From contig OZ255721.1 in assembly GCA_965277285.1 (NCBI GenBank), positions 2,912,001 through 2,976,000 on the forward strand: a stretch of DNA of 64,000 nt, read 5' to 3'. Below the pieces are notes generated by a model. The model made no database searches, was not told the origin of the DNA, and saw only the letters and a list, made by a program, of their open reading frames with translations. Both the position numbers and the translations under genes were made by a program. Shown here piece by piece: positions 28,494-37,223 of the stretch (positions are counted from its first letter, which is position 1; each line of letters begins with the position of its first letter). This stretch comes from Abditibacteriaceae bacterium. Its GTDB lineage: Bacteria > Armatimonadota > Abditibacteriia > Abditibacteriales > Abditibacteriaceae.

Positions 28494-29453
28494 TCAGAAT
28501 TTAGCGGCGGCGGTTAAAAAAGCGATCAACGTAATCCACAACAACACGTTGATGACAAGTGGTTTGTCGCGCAGCATATTTTCGGGCGTGCCGCCGATAG
28601 TCGACGAATGCGCTAAAAACAAGTAGCGAAACACGCCGTAAACCACAAAGGGAATCGTCGTCATCAACAAAGGCGAGTGCATCAAACCCTGGCCAAGCGC
28701 TTTATCATGCGGCGCATTGAAGGTATACAGCGAATAGGCAGTAATTGTCAAACCTGCAGCGACCGCGATAAACGTATCGAGCAAAGGCACCGTATAAAGC
28801 GGCAGGGCGCGTCGCGTGTGAACCGCGTTCTCTCCCATTTCCAGGAGTTCCGCACGACGCTTGCAAAGAGCGATGAACAGCGCGAGAGTAAACGTACAAA
28901 ACACGATCCACGGCGAAATATCGACGGGAATCGCCACGCAACCCGCGACGACGCGCACTACAAAGCCGGACGCCAGAACCAACACATCGATGATGACTTC
29001 GTGCTTGAGGCCAAAAGAATAGGCCAGCGTGAGAGCAAAATAAACGCCCGCCGCAGCCACGAAACCCAGCGATTGGAACGAACTGTGAACAATGCCAAAA
29101 GCGCAACTCACAGAAATCAGAAGCAACACAACAATCAAGCCGAGCGCGAATCGCGGACTCATTCGCCCCGACGCCAGAGGACGCTTTCGTTTCGTCGGAT
29201 GCAAGCGGTCGCGCGCGATGTCGCTCCAATCGTTAATGAGATACGTGGCGCCTGAAAGCGCGCAAAAACACAGGAACGCCAGCAGCATACGCGTCGCAGC
29301 GGGCAACATTTCAGGCAGCGGCGCGCGCAACTTTCCGGCGAACAAAAAGCCGCCGAAGAGCAACGCGTTTTTCGCCCATTGCCGCACGCGCACCGCATGA
29401 ACAAGATCGAGAAAGGAAAGGCGCGAGGCAGCAAGAGATTCGGTAGCGTTCAA
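28494..29453 (-). CDS. UbiA family decaprenyl-phosphate phosphoribosyltransferase-like protein
   Basis: RQWAKN, YLINDWSD..DRLHPTKRKRPLASG, KRRAEL. Confidence 0.88.
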   Translation of the reverse strand: MNATESLAASRLSFLDLVHAVRVRQWAKNALLFGGFLFAGKLRAPLPEMLPAATRMLLAFLCFCALSGATYLINDWSDIARDRLHPTKRKRPLASGRMSPRFALGLIVVLLLISVSCAFGIVHSSFQSLGFVAAAGVYFALTLAYSFGLKHEVIIDVLVLASGFVVRVVAGCVAIPVDISPWIVFCTFTLALFIALCKRRAELLEMGENAVHTRRALPLYTVPLLDTFIAVAAGLTITAYSLYTFNAPHDKALGQGLMHSPLLMTTIPFVVYGVFRYLFLAHSSTIGGTPENMLRDKPLVINVLLWITLIAFLTAAAKF

Positions 29454-29573
29454 AATCGTGTTTCGTCCAATATCGAGTACTCGATTGCAACTTTCGACAT
29501 TCGTAGGGGCAAGGCACGCCTTGCCCTCAATGTTGTCCAGCGTGGACGGGAACGGGCGAGGCGTGGCTCGCCC

Positions 29574-30665
29574 CTACAATTGCGCGGCGACCTGCAAAGC
29601 GGCGCGCACTTGTTCCGCACTCACATCGCGCACCAATTGAACTTCGCCCAGACGCGTCGGCAAAATGAAATTGACGCGGCCATCGCGAGATTTTTTATCC
29701 AGCGCCATCGCCGCCCACAACTTTTCAAAGGACGCCAGATTTTGCGTCTTCGTCGGCAAACCGATTTGTTCAAATAAACGCGTTTGTCGCTCAATTAAAC
29801 TGTCCCCATCGTCGCAAACACCCAAAATCTTTGCCAGATGTGCGGCGACGGTCATGCCAACGGCAATCGCTTCGCCGTGCAGAAATTCGCCGTAACCTGC
29901 GGTCGCTTCAATCGCGTGACCGACCGTATGGCCATAATTGAGCGTGGCGCGCACGCCGGAACTGTCGCTTTCGCGTTCATCAGTTCCCACCACTTGCGCC
30001 TTGATTTCGCAGGAACGCGCGATAATTTTTTGAATCGTTGACGGCTCCAATTTCAAAGCGTCTTCGCTGTGATTTTCGAGCCACGCGAAAAATTCCGCAT
30101 CGGCGATAACGCCATATTTCACGACTTCGGCCATGCCCGCGCGCAGTTCGCGGATGGGCAAAGTTTGCAAACATTGCGGGTCAATCAAAACGCGATCCGG
30201 CTGATGAAAGGCACCGATGAGGTTTTTGGCGCGCGGATGATTGACGCCGGTTTTGCCGCCGACGCTCGAATCGACCATCGCCAGTAGCGTCGTTGGAACT
30301 TGGACAAAGCGCACGCCGCGCATCCACGTCGCGGCCACGAAACCCGCCCAATCACCGACCACGCCGCCGCCGACCGCGACAATCGCCCCGCTGCGACCAA
30401 ATCCGAATTCGGCCAGAGCGTCGTAAGCCCGACTCGTCCAATCGAGGTTTTTGGCGCCTTCGCCTTCAGGCGCATTGAATTCGAGTACTCGATGTCCCGC
30501 CGCGCGCAGTTTTTCCGCCAAAGGTGTGGCATACAACGGCGCCACAGTTTCGTTCGACAAAACTGCGATTTCCTGCGGCAAAAAATCGGTCGAAAACGAA
30601 TTGAGCAAGCCGTTTTCGACTACGATGTCGTAAGAACGTTCGCGCAGGGGAACAGTGATTTTCAT
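29574..30665 (-). CDS. aroB: 3-dehydroquinate synthase
   Basis: GGGVVGD, PTTLLAMVDSSVGGKTG, LNYGHTVGHAIE, HGEAIA. Confidence 0.95.
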   Translation of the reverse strand: MKITVPLRERSYDIVVENGLLNSFSTDFLPQEIAVLSNETVAPLYATPLAEKLRAAGHRVLEFNAPEGEGAKNLDWTSRAYDALAEFGFGRSGAIVAVGGGVVGDWAGFVAATWMRGVRFVQVPTTLLAMVDSSVGGKTGVNHPRAKNLIGAFHQPDRVLIDPQCLQTLPIRELRAGMAEVVKYGVIADAEFFAWLENHSEDALKLEPSTIQKIIARSCEIKAQVVGTDERESDSSGVRATLNYGHTVGHAIEATAGYGEFLHGEAIAVGMTVAAHLAKILGVCDDGDSLIERQTRLFEQIGLPTKTQNLASFEKLWAAMALDKKSRDGRVNFILPTRLGEVQLVRDVSAEQVRAALQVAAQL

Positions 30666-30724
30666 AGAGTCTTGAGTTCTCAGTTTTGAGTTGACTGCAG
30701 CTAACTTAAAACTCAGAATTGCTT

Positions 30725-31231
30725 GAAGAGCGTGGCCTGTAAGCCGGATTCTGTCAGCGTCATCGCCTTGCGACGTGTAACGCCGATGGTCATTTCTCTG
30801 CCGCAAACGTTGCCGTTTGCGTGACTGTTCCGTTTCCAGAAACAGCAGCAGCCAACCCGAAAGCTCGTCGAGCCGAGTTTGTCGAAGATTTCTCTTCGCG
30901 TTGCGCTTTCTGCTTGGCCTTGCACCGGACGGGGGTTGCCTCAGCCGCCGCGTCGCCGCGACGCTGGTGCGCTTTTACATTAAGCCGTCGGCTTTCGCCT
31001 GTGGCCGCACCGTTTCACCAGTTCAGTGGTCAGTGAGTTATGGTTAGTGGGTAGTTTCCTAATCACTAACTACAACTCACTGACCACTGTTGTATCGTTT
31101 CTGTGGCCCTGTCCCGACGAACGCATCGCTGCGCGCGTGGTCGCCGTTAGCGACCGTCCTGCTCTTTGGTGTCCGGACTTTCCTCACCGCTTCGTGCGAC
31201 AAAACGGCACGACCATCCAGCCACGCTCTTC
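30725..31231 (-). ncRNA. rnpB: RNase P RNA (type A, expanded)
   Basis: Minus strand has GAGGAAAGUCCGGACACC near the 5' end, ACAGAAACG at L11/12 and ACAGAAUCCGGCUUA near the 3' end. Termini GAAGAGCGUGG/CCACGCUCUUC pair as P1. TATAAT lies at 31238-31243. Confidence 0.95.
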
Positions 31232-31283
31232 CCTTCAATTATAACTGTCTGACGCTCCTCCTCATATGACAGACAAAGACAAA

Positions 31284-31316
31284 CCGCAGCGTTTCTTTTG
31301 AAGGAAACGCTGCGGC
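31284..31316 (-). terminator. hairpin terminator downstream of the PilX-like gene
   Basis: ccgcagcgtttc..gaaacgctgcgg followed by T-rich sequence on the minus strand. Confidence 0.6.
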
Positions 31317-31345
31317 TATCGAGTACTCGATACGTGGTTTTCGCC

Positions 31346-34300
31346 TTACCGTTGAATCGAAATATCGGGCGTCATCGGCAGATAAAGCGTGTTGCCTGCG
31401 GGCAAAGGTACTGGCGCCTTATAATTGATGGTTTGCCACGTCACAGCGTTGCTGGGGCCATTGAACGGGTAGGCTGCGGCATCGAGCCAGGCGCCTTGCA
31501 CGCCGGGGCCGACATTTTGCGCCATCGCCGCTGTCAACATCGACTGGTCTGGCGTTTGTTCCGCGTCGTAGTCGCTCGTGGCGGGCGGCGCGAAGTTTTC
31601 GGCGATGCTGGCTTGCACTATGAACTTATAGTTCAGGCGGCGATGACTGGTCGCTTCGTCAATGCTTGTCGCGTCCAAGACTTGATAAGCGGGCGTCGGA
31701 ATCACGAACCACGAGCCGTCTTGCGCATAGATTGTCGCCTGCACGTTGATATTAATCGGATCCGCTTCCACAGTTGCGAGATCAGCGCGGTCGAGTTTGT
31801 AGCTTTGCAAAAAGTAAGCGGGCAAGACATCGAGGCCATTATCGGGTGCCAAGTCGCGCCGGAAAGCAGCCACGTTGCTGTTGTTGCCACTGGATGTCAG
31901 CGTCAAGTTGCTGCCGAAGAACACCGCCGAGCGAACGTTGGTGTTCTGATAAAACGTGTCGGCTGTCGTTTCAGTATATTGCTCGTTGTTGGGCAAAGTG
32001 AAACTGCTGCCAATCGTGCTGACGGGCGTCGAGGCGAAGCCCAGAAACGGATCGGTTTGATACAGGCCGACTGAGACGCACAAGGGAATACCGCCGCTCG
32101 TTGAGTTGTCCTGAGACAAAGCCTGCACCGAAGGCGGAACGAGCGGATCGCCCGATGACGTTGAAGTCAAAGGGGTAACTGTTCGTGACGTTCCCAGCGG
32201 CGTGGTGTTGGCTAAACGACGTGCCTGGAGATTGCGGATGGCTGCCGGAACAAACAAATCCCAATCGGGGTTGGCGTCAGCTTCGCCATAGACAAAAGCG
32301 TTTTGGGTGACAGGAACACTATTCATAAAGGGTTTCAACAAAGCATCGCGGTCGCCATTGTTGGCGGTGCCAAAACCTGGAATTGCTGGCGGCCCAGGTT
32401 GAGGTGCGACACCACCATCGTCTAAATAGGTCTGCCATACCAAAGCGCCCAACGTGCCTGCCGCCGCATTGCCCGCCGCCGGAATGCCTCCAATGAGGTC
32501 GGTAGTTATGAGAGGAGGAACCGAGTTGGGAACCAACGTCAAAGTTTTGGTGTTGCCAACGGCGGCAACCATGAGTTGCCCGGGCGATGTGCTTCCCGCT
32601 TGTCGGTTAAAGACAGAATAAACAGGAAAACCATAATGCAGCATATCGAAGTCGTAATTGCCACTCAGCGTTGCGCCATCGAATTTGACATCGCGCGTCA
32701 CAATGTCCGAGCGTCCTGGTTGCGCTACCCAGCTTTGAACTTGAGAGCCATCGTTATAGGTCAATAGCCGCATCGGAGCCGACACCAGAGGCGCGCTGGT
32801 TGTGTAAGACGGCGTGAAAGATATTGTGCTGGGCGTGGTCGTATTGTCGAGCTGCGTAACCATGTGCCAAACGCTGTCGTTGCCGAAACGAAACTTATCG
32901 CCGACACGCAGCTTGTTGAAGTCGTCCGGGAAAGTTGTCGTTTGCACCTGGGTTAGCGTAACGGGCGTGGCAGCCGTAGCGGTAGAGGCGCCGTCAACGC
33001 GTACGTTGGCGACAATCGCTGCGCTTTGTGCGCCTTCGACGCGCGCCAGAACTTGCGTCGGATTCAAAATGACGCTCTTCTTCGCCAATAACGCGACTCG
33101 TCCAGTACTCGAATTCTGCTGATTGATGCCGCCTTCGACGTAAATGTTGCCCATCGAAGCAATCGTGAGGTCTGGCGTGCTGGCGTTGGTGAAACCGCGC
33201 ACGCGCACGTTGCCATCGGCGTAAATGACGCCGTTGAATGGAGTCGCTGTCCCGACGTTGACTTCGTGTCCCGAGGCGCCGAACGAACGCTGGCCCGTCG
33301 TTAAATTCAGCACCATGCGAAAGCCGTTTGTATTGGTACTCGACGGGACTATTGGGAGAGTTGGGTTGCCGGAAGGATCTTTCCAAGCTTTATCGTAGTC
33401 GGGCAAGTTGTATTTGGGATTTGGTTGCAGACTGTTCGTTGCAGCGGGAGCGACGGAAGCATCTGTTATTACTGTTCCATTGCTATATGTTACGTCGCCT
33501 GCGCCATTGCGCAACCAGCGCGATTGATCCGACAAATCGTCGCGCGTGATGATAATCTGGTTGCCCCGAAGTTCGACCAGCGTACCGCGCGGCAAAAATT
33601 CGGTGGGCGAAACCCAGCCGCGCAAGCCGCGCTCTTCCAGGGACGGATCTTGTAAGAGTGTCGGTGCTGGTGTCGGGCTCGGGCTGGAGTTGAGAGGGAA
33701 TGAATAAGGCTGCGTTGCGGCTGAAACCAAAGGAGGGGGAACAAAGCGCGGATAAATCAAGCGATGAGCAATCGAAGTGGACGTAGCTGAAGGCGCTGCG
33801 TACTCGCCTTTTGTTGGATCGCTTGTCGAACGAGAAAAGTTTGCCGGATCGACGTCAGCGTTTCCATACTCGCTGCTACCCGCTGGCAATTGCGGAACAA
33901 TTGGAAATGATTTGCGTTGCAACAAACGTTGCGTTTCCGAAATTGTAAGAGGCCGGAACGAAGTCTGGCCATAGACATTCACATTCTTGACAACACCGAC
34001 TTTTTCCACATCGTCGCGGTTGTCGATGTAAACACCGCTGCCATAACCGTATTGCGCTCCCGTATCGCCCGTCAATTTCGTCAACTGCAACCAGCGCGAA
34101 TTGGGGTCGTCAATGCGCGCCGGAGTGAGCGCGCGCACCGGCGAGGTCGGGTTGGTCGGGTCGTCGGCTTCGCTTTTCTGATAGTTCACGAAAGGCGTCA
34201 AGGTCGTGGTCGTCTTAATGTCTTCTGGTGCGCCACCGTTCGTAACGTTGGCAACTGCGCTGCCCTGAATGGAAATAGGGCCGCTTACGAGTACTCGATC

Positions 34301-35461
34301 CGGCGTGGTGCCTGTGGTATTCAAAGTGAGCTGAGACTTCCCGTCGAAAAACACGCCGTTATTCACCATGACGCCGCCACTCGCCGTTTGAAGCGGCGTC
34401 TTCGTCGCTTCGGTAGTGCCACTTGCTGTTCCCAATGCGTCCAGGTTGCTCAAAGTGCCCATGAATGACGAAACGGCGCGAACCGGCACACCGGCTGCGG
34501 CTGTAATGTTACCTTGCCCGTCCGCGGGATTGATCGTGAGTTGATTGCCGTTAATAGCTTGGATAACAGCGGTGCGCACCGATGCCGGAACATCCGCTGC
34601 ACCAATGAGAATCGTGCGTCCTACCGTGAAGCCAGATGAATTCGCCACCATAACCACGTTGGAAGTTGACCCAGCCACCGTCGCTGTCTTGATTAAATTG
34701 TTGGTGCCAAAGTTCCAGTTGGAATCGTAGCGCGCGAACGAAGTGACATTGCCGCTTTGCGTTGTCGGCTTATAAAACGTGAGCGTATAAGAGGCGGCGT
34801 CGTCGTCCGAAGCGCGCCCGATAACCGTCACTTTGAGTTGTCCGGTGCGATCACCCGAAGTCACGCGCTCGACTTTGGTCAAATAGGTCGGCGTGTTGTT
34901 GCCTGTAATCGAAGTGCTGCGCGGATCGGGAAATTTGACGAACTGCGGATTGGTTGTCATTGTGGAAGTTGGTGTGGGATAAGCTCCAACGACTTCGCTG
35001 GTTCCTTCAGGCTGATCCCAGCCCTGAGCGCGCTCAAAATCGGTGTAGTAATAAGTGTCGCCCGCAGAAGCTGGTTGGGACGCTTCCAGCTGAGGACGCC
35101 AATTTTCGCCTTCACGACTATTTGTCAATTGATCGTTGACGAACTGCAAACCAGAGTTGGCGGCCTGGCGCGCAGTGTTGACGCTGCTCGAACGTGCCGT
35201 CTGACCGAGGTTCAGCGCCACGACGGTGACAAACGTGGCGCCTAAAATCGCCGCGAAAATCATCAGCAAAACCGAAATCAATAACGCCTGACCGCGTCGT
35301 CGCCCATTGGCTGTCGACCTGTTGATGAAGCGCGTGCCGGTTCTTGTCGAAGGCGCCATGCGACGTTGCCGCGCTGTGTTTGCATACGGCGTTTTGAGTA
35401 CTCGAAGACGGGAATTTGAAGCGACCGAAGTGGCGTGATTTGATAGGGAAATGTGTGTCAT
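31346..35461 (-). CDS. very large PilX-like (type IV pilin-type N-terminus) exported protein
   Basis: RRRG|QALLISVLLMIFAAILG..ARQAANSG prepilin-like N-terminus. FNGVIYADGNVRVRG and LTIASMGNIYVEG. Body rich in T/S/P/G. Confidence 0.7.
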   Translation of the reverse strand: MTHISLSNHATSVASNSRLRVLKTPYANTARQRRMAPSTRTGTRFINRSTANGRRRGQALLISVLLMIFAAILGATFVTVVALNLGQTARSSSVNTARQAANSGLQFVNDQLTNSREGENWRPQLEASQPASAGDTYYYTDFERAQGWDQPEGTSEVVGAYPTPTSTMTTNPQFVKFPDPRSTSITGNNTPTYLTKVERVTSGDRTGQLKVTVIGRASDDDAASYTLTFYKPTTQSGNVTSFARYDSNWNFGTNNLIKTATVAGSTSNVVMVANSSGFTVGRTILIGAADVPASVRTAVIQAINGNQLTINPADGQGNITAAAGVPVRAVSSFMGTLSNLDALGTASGTTEATKTPLQTASGGVMVNNGVFFDGKSQLTLNTTGTTPDRVLVSGPISIQGSAVANVTNGGAPEDIKTTTTLTPFVNYQKSEADDPTNPTSPVRALTPARIDDPNSRWLQLTKLTGDTGAQYGYGSGVYIDNRDDVEKVGVVKNVNVYGQTSFRPLTISETQRLLQRKSFPIVPQLPAGSSEYGNADVDPANFSRSTSDPTKGEYAAPSATSTSIAHRLIYPRFVPPPLVSAATQPYSFPLNSSPSPTPAPTLLQDPSLEERGLRGWVSPTEFLPRGTLVELRGNQIIITRDDLSDQSRWLRNGAGDVTYSNGTVITDASVAPAATNSLQPNPKYNLPDYDKAWKDPSGNPTLPIVPSSTNTNGFRMVLNLTTGQRSFGASGHEVNVGTATPFNGVIYADGNVRVRGFTNASTPDLTIASMGNIYVEGGINQQNSSTGRVALLAKKSVILNPTQVLARVEGAQSAAIVANVRVDGASTATAATPVTLTQVQTTTFPDDFNKLRVGDKFRFGNDSVWHMVTQLDNTTTPSTISFTPSYTTSAPLVSAPMRLLTYNDGSQVQSWVAQPGRSDIVTRDVKFDGATLSGNYDFDMLHYGFPVYSVFNRQAGSTSPGQLMVAAVGNTKTLTLVPNSVPPLITTDLIGGIPAAGNAAAGTLGALVWQTYLDDGGVAPQPGPPAIPGFGTANNGDRDALLKPFMNSVPVTQNAFVYGEADANPDWDLFVPAAIRNLQARRLANTTPLGTSRTVTPLTSTSSGDPLVPPSVQALSQDNSTSGGIPLCVSVGLYQTDPFLGFASTPVSTIGSSFTLPNNEQYTETTADTFYQNTNVRSAVFFGSNLTLTSSGNNSNVAAFRRDLAPDNGLDVLPAYFLQSYKLDRADLATVEADPININVQATIYAQDGSWFVIPTPAYQVLDATSIDEATSHRRLNYKFIVQASIAENFAPPATSDYDAEQTPDQSMLTAAMAQNVGPGVQGAWLDAAAYPFNGPSNAVTWQTINYKAPVPLPAGNTLYLPMTPDISIQR

Positions 35462-35854
35462 GGAAACCTCAATGTACAACGGGTGCGCCACCAAGAGATG
35501 GCAGTAACCCGACAGCGTGCCCGACAAACTTTGAAAAAAGACAGTCGTTGTATGGTGACGGTTAAGATTTTTACGGATTCAAACTACAAAGACTTAAATC
35601 AAAACTTAGTTTAAGTATGCCCTTTTTTCGTATTATTGAAACATGGCGCCGCCCAGAGCAACCAATAATCGCAACCATCAAGCCGCCTGATTGAAGTGGC
35701 ACCGCACAGCGTTGAAGCAACCTGTTGCATCATTGCGCGTTCAGCAGGTTCGGTGTTGGCGTGCGTGATGTTTAACGGGTCGCATGGCATTTTCTGGCGC
35801 GTTGCATCCTTAATTCTGCAAAGTGAACGCGGCAAAGTGCGGTATCGAGTACTC

Positions 35855-35939
35855 GATAACAACGAACCTGGAGCGTAAGCGCGGGTCTTGTGTAAAGCTG
35901 TAGAAGACCCGTCGCTTACGCTCCAGGTTCGTTGTTATC
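35855..35939. repeat. REP-like long inverted repeat
   Basis: gataacaacgaacctggagcgtaagc / gcttacgctccaggttcgttgttatc, overlapping the palindrome at 35845. Confidence 0.8.
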
Positions 35940-35963
35940 AATCTGAATTTATCACCAATTATT

Positions 35964-37118
35964 TTGTTTCGAGGTTTTGCTATTCTTCTGGAATTGATCG
36001 AGTTTGTGCTGGGCGCGTTTTTAGTTGGCGTGGCGGCGTATGATGTTTTTCAATCGGTCGTTGTGCCACGCTGGACGGCGCGAACGTTGCGACTGGCGCC
36101 TTATCTGGGCGAATTTTTATGGCCGCAGTGGAAAAAGCGGAGTTTTCGCGTCGCGCCACAAAAACGCGAGGATTTTTTGGCGACCTACGCACCTTTGAGT
36201 GTGATGCTATCGTTGGGCATCTGGGTTATCGTCCTCATTTTGGGCTACGGTCTGATGTTGCACGCGCTGCGCGGCGGCATCAAACCGGTTCCGCACAGCC
36301 TGGGCGATGCCTTGTATCTGGCGGGAACGTCGCTTTTTACGGTCGGTTTCGGCGATATTGTGGGAACATCGGCCTTGCCGCGCATCGTGACTTTGATGGC
36401 GGGCGCGTCCGGTTTGGCGGTCGTCGCGTTGGTGATTTCGCTGACTTTCACATTGTATGATTCGTTCAAGCGACGCGAAGTGCTGATTTTGGCTTTGGAC
36501 GCGCGAGCCGGTGCGCCGCCTTCGGGCGTGACGCTGCTGGAAACCTACGCCACTTTCAACATGATCGACGATTTGGATGCGCTTTTCGGGCAATGGGAAT
36601 TGTGGGCGGCGGAAGTTTTGGAAAGCCATCTGGCGTATCCGATTCTGCCGTTCTTTCGCTCCAGTCACGATAACGAATCGTGGATCAGCGCGCTGGGCGC
36701 CGTGCTTGATGCCGCGACCTTGATGCTGACGACCGTGAAATGCGGCAAAGAGTACGCGATTCGCTCGCGCGGCCCGGCGCACATGATGTATGGATTGGGC
36801 TGCCATTTCGTGACTGATTTAAGTCACTATTTCAATATTCGCTTCGATTTGCCCGCCGATATGTCGCCCGAAGTCGCCTTTGAGAACGCGTTCGTCGAGC
36901 GCGGCGAATTTGAAGCGGCGCGCCGTCGCTTGCAAAAGGCGGGTTATGAGGTCTGCGCGGATGAACAATCGTGGCTCGATTTCGCGCGCCATCGCGCCAT
37001 TTACGCGCGCTCGCTGAACGAACTGGCCAAACATTTCGCCACGCCGCCTTCGCAATGGATCGGCGACCGCTCGTCAATTACACACTTGCACAGAGAGACG
37101 AACAGAAATGATGAATGA
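35964..37118 (+). CDS. potassium channel family protein (Ion_trans_2)
   Basis: Pore motif SLFTVGFGD, ESHLAYPIL..FRS. Confidence 0.85.
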   Translation: MFRGFAILLELIEFVLGAFLVGVAAYDVFQSVVVPRWTARTLRLAPYLGEFLWPQWKKRSFRVAPQKREDFLATYAPLSVMLSLGIWVIVLILGYGLMLHALRGGIKPVPHSLGDALYLAGTSLFTVGFGDIVGTSALPRIVTLMAGASGLAVVALVISLTFTLYDSFKRREVLILALDARAGAPPSGVTLLETYATFNMIDDLDALFGQWELWAAEVLESHLAYPILPFFRSSHDNESWISALGAVLDAATLMLTTVKCGKEYAIRSRGPAHMMYGLGCHFVTDLSHYFNIRFDLPADMSPEVAFENAFVERGEFEAARRRLQKAGYEVCADEQSWLDFARHRAIYARSLNELAKHFATPPSQWIGDRSSITHLHRETNRNDE

Positions 37119-37222
37119 TGAATACGGAATGATGAATGCGCTTCAAATCGTTGCAGGGCGTAATCGAGTACTCGAAGTGCCAGCCTGATTTATCACTCCG
37201 CATTCATCATTCATCATTTCTG
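37106..37222. repeat. heptamer (ATGATGA/TCATCAT) inverted repeat between convergent genes, palindrome in loop
   Basis: gaaatgatgaatgatgaat ... attcatcattcatcatttc enclosing the copy at 37164. Confidence 0.75.
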
Positions 37223-37223
37223 T

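Noticed and set aside
30666..30806. N-terminal extension of aroB in the ORF track
   Set aside because: It runs through the 3' end of rnpB and a heptamer repeat. The real start is MKITV at 30665.
35462..35845. c-di-GMP riboswitch or small ORF upstream of the PilX-like gene
   Set aside because: I could not find the GEMM consensus, and the short ORFs lack an RBS and recognisable features.
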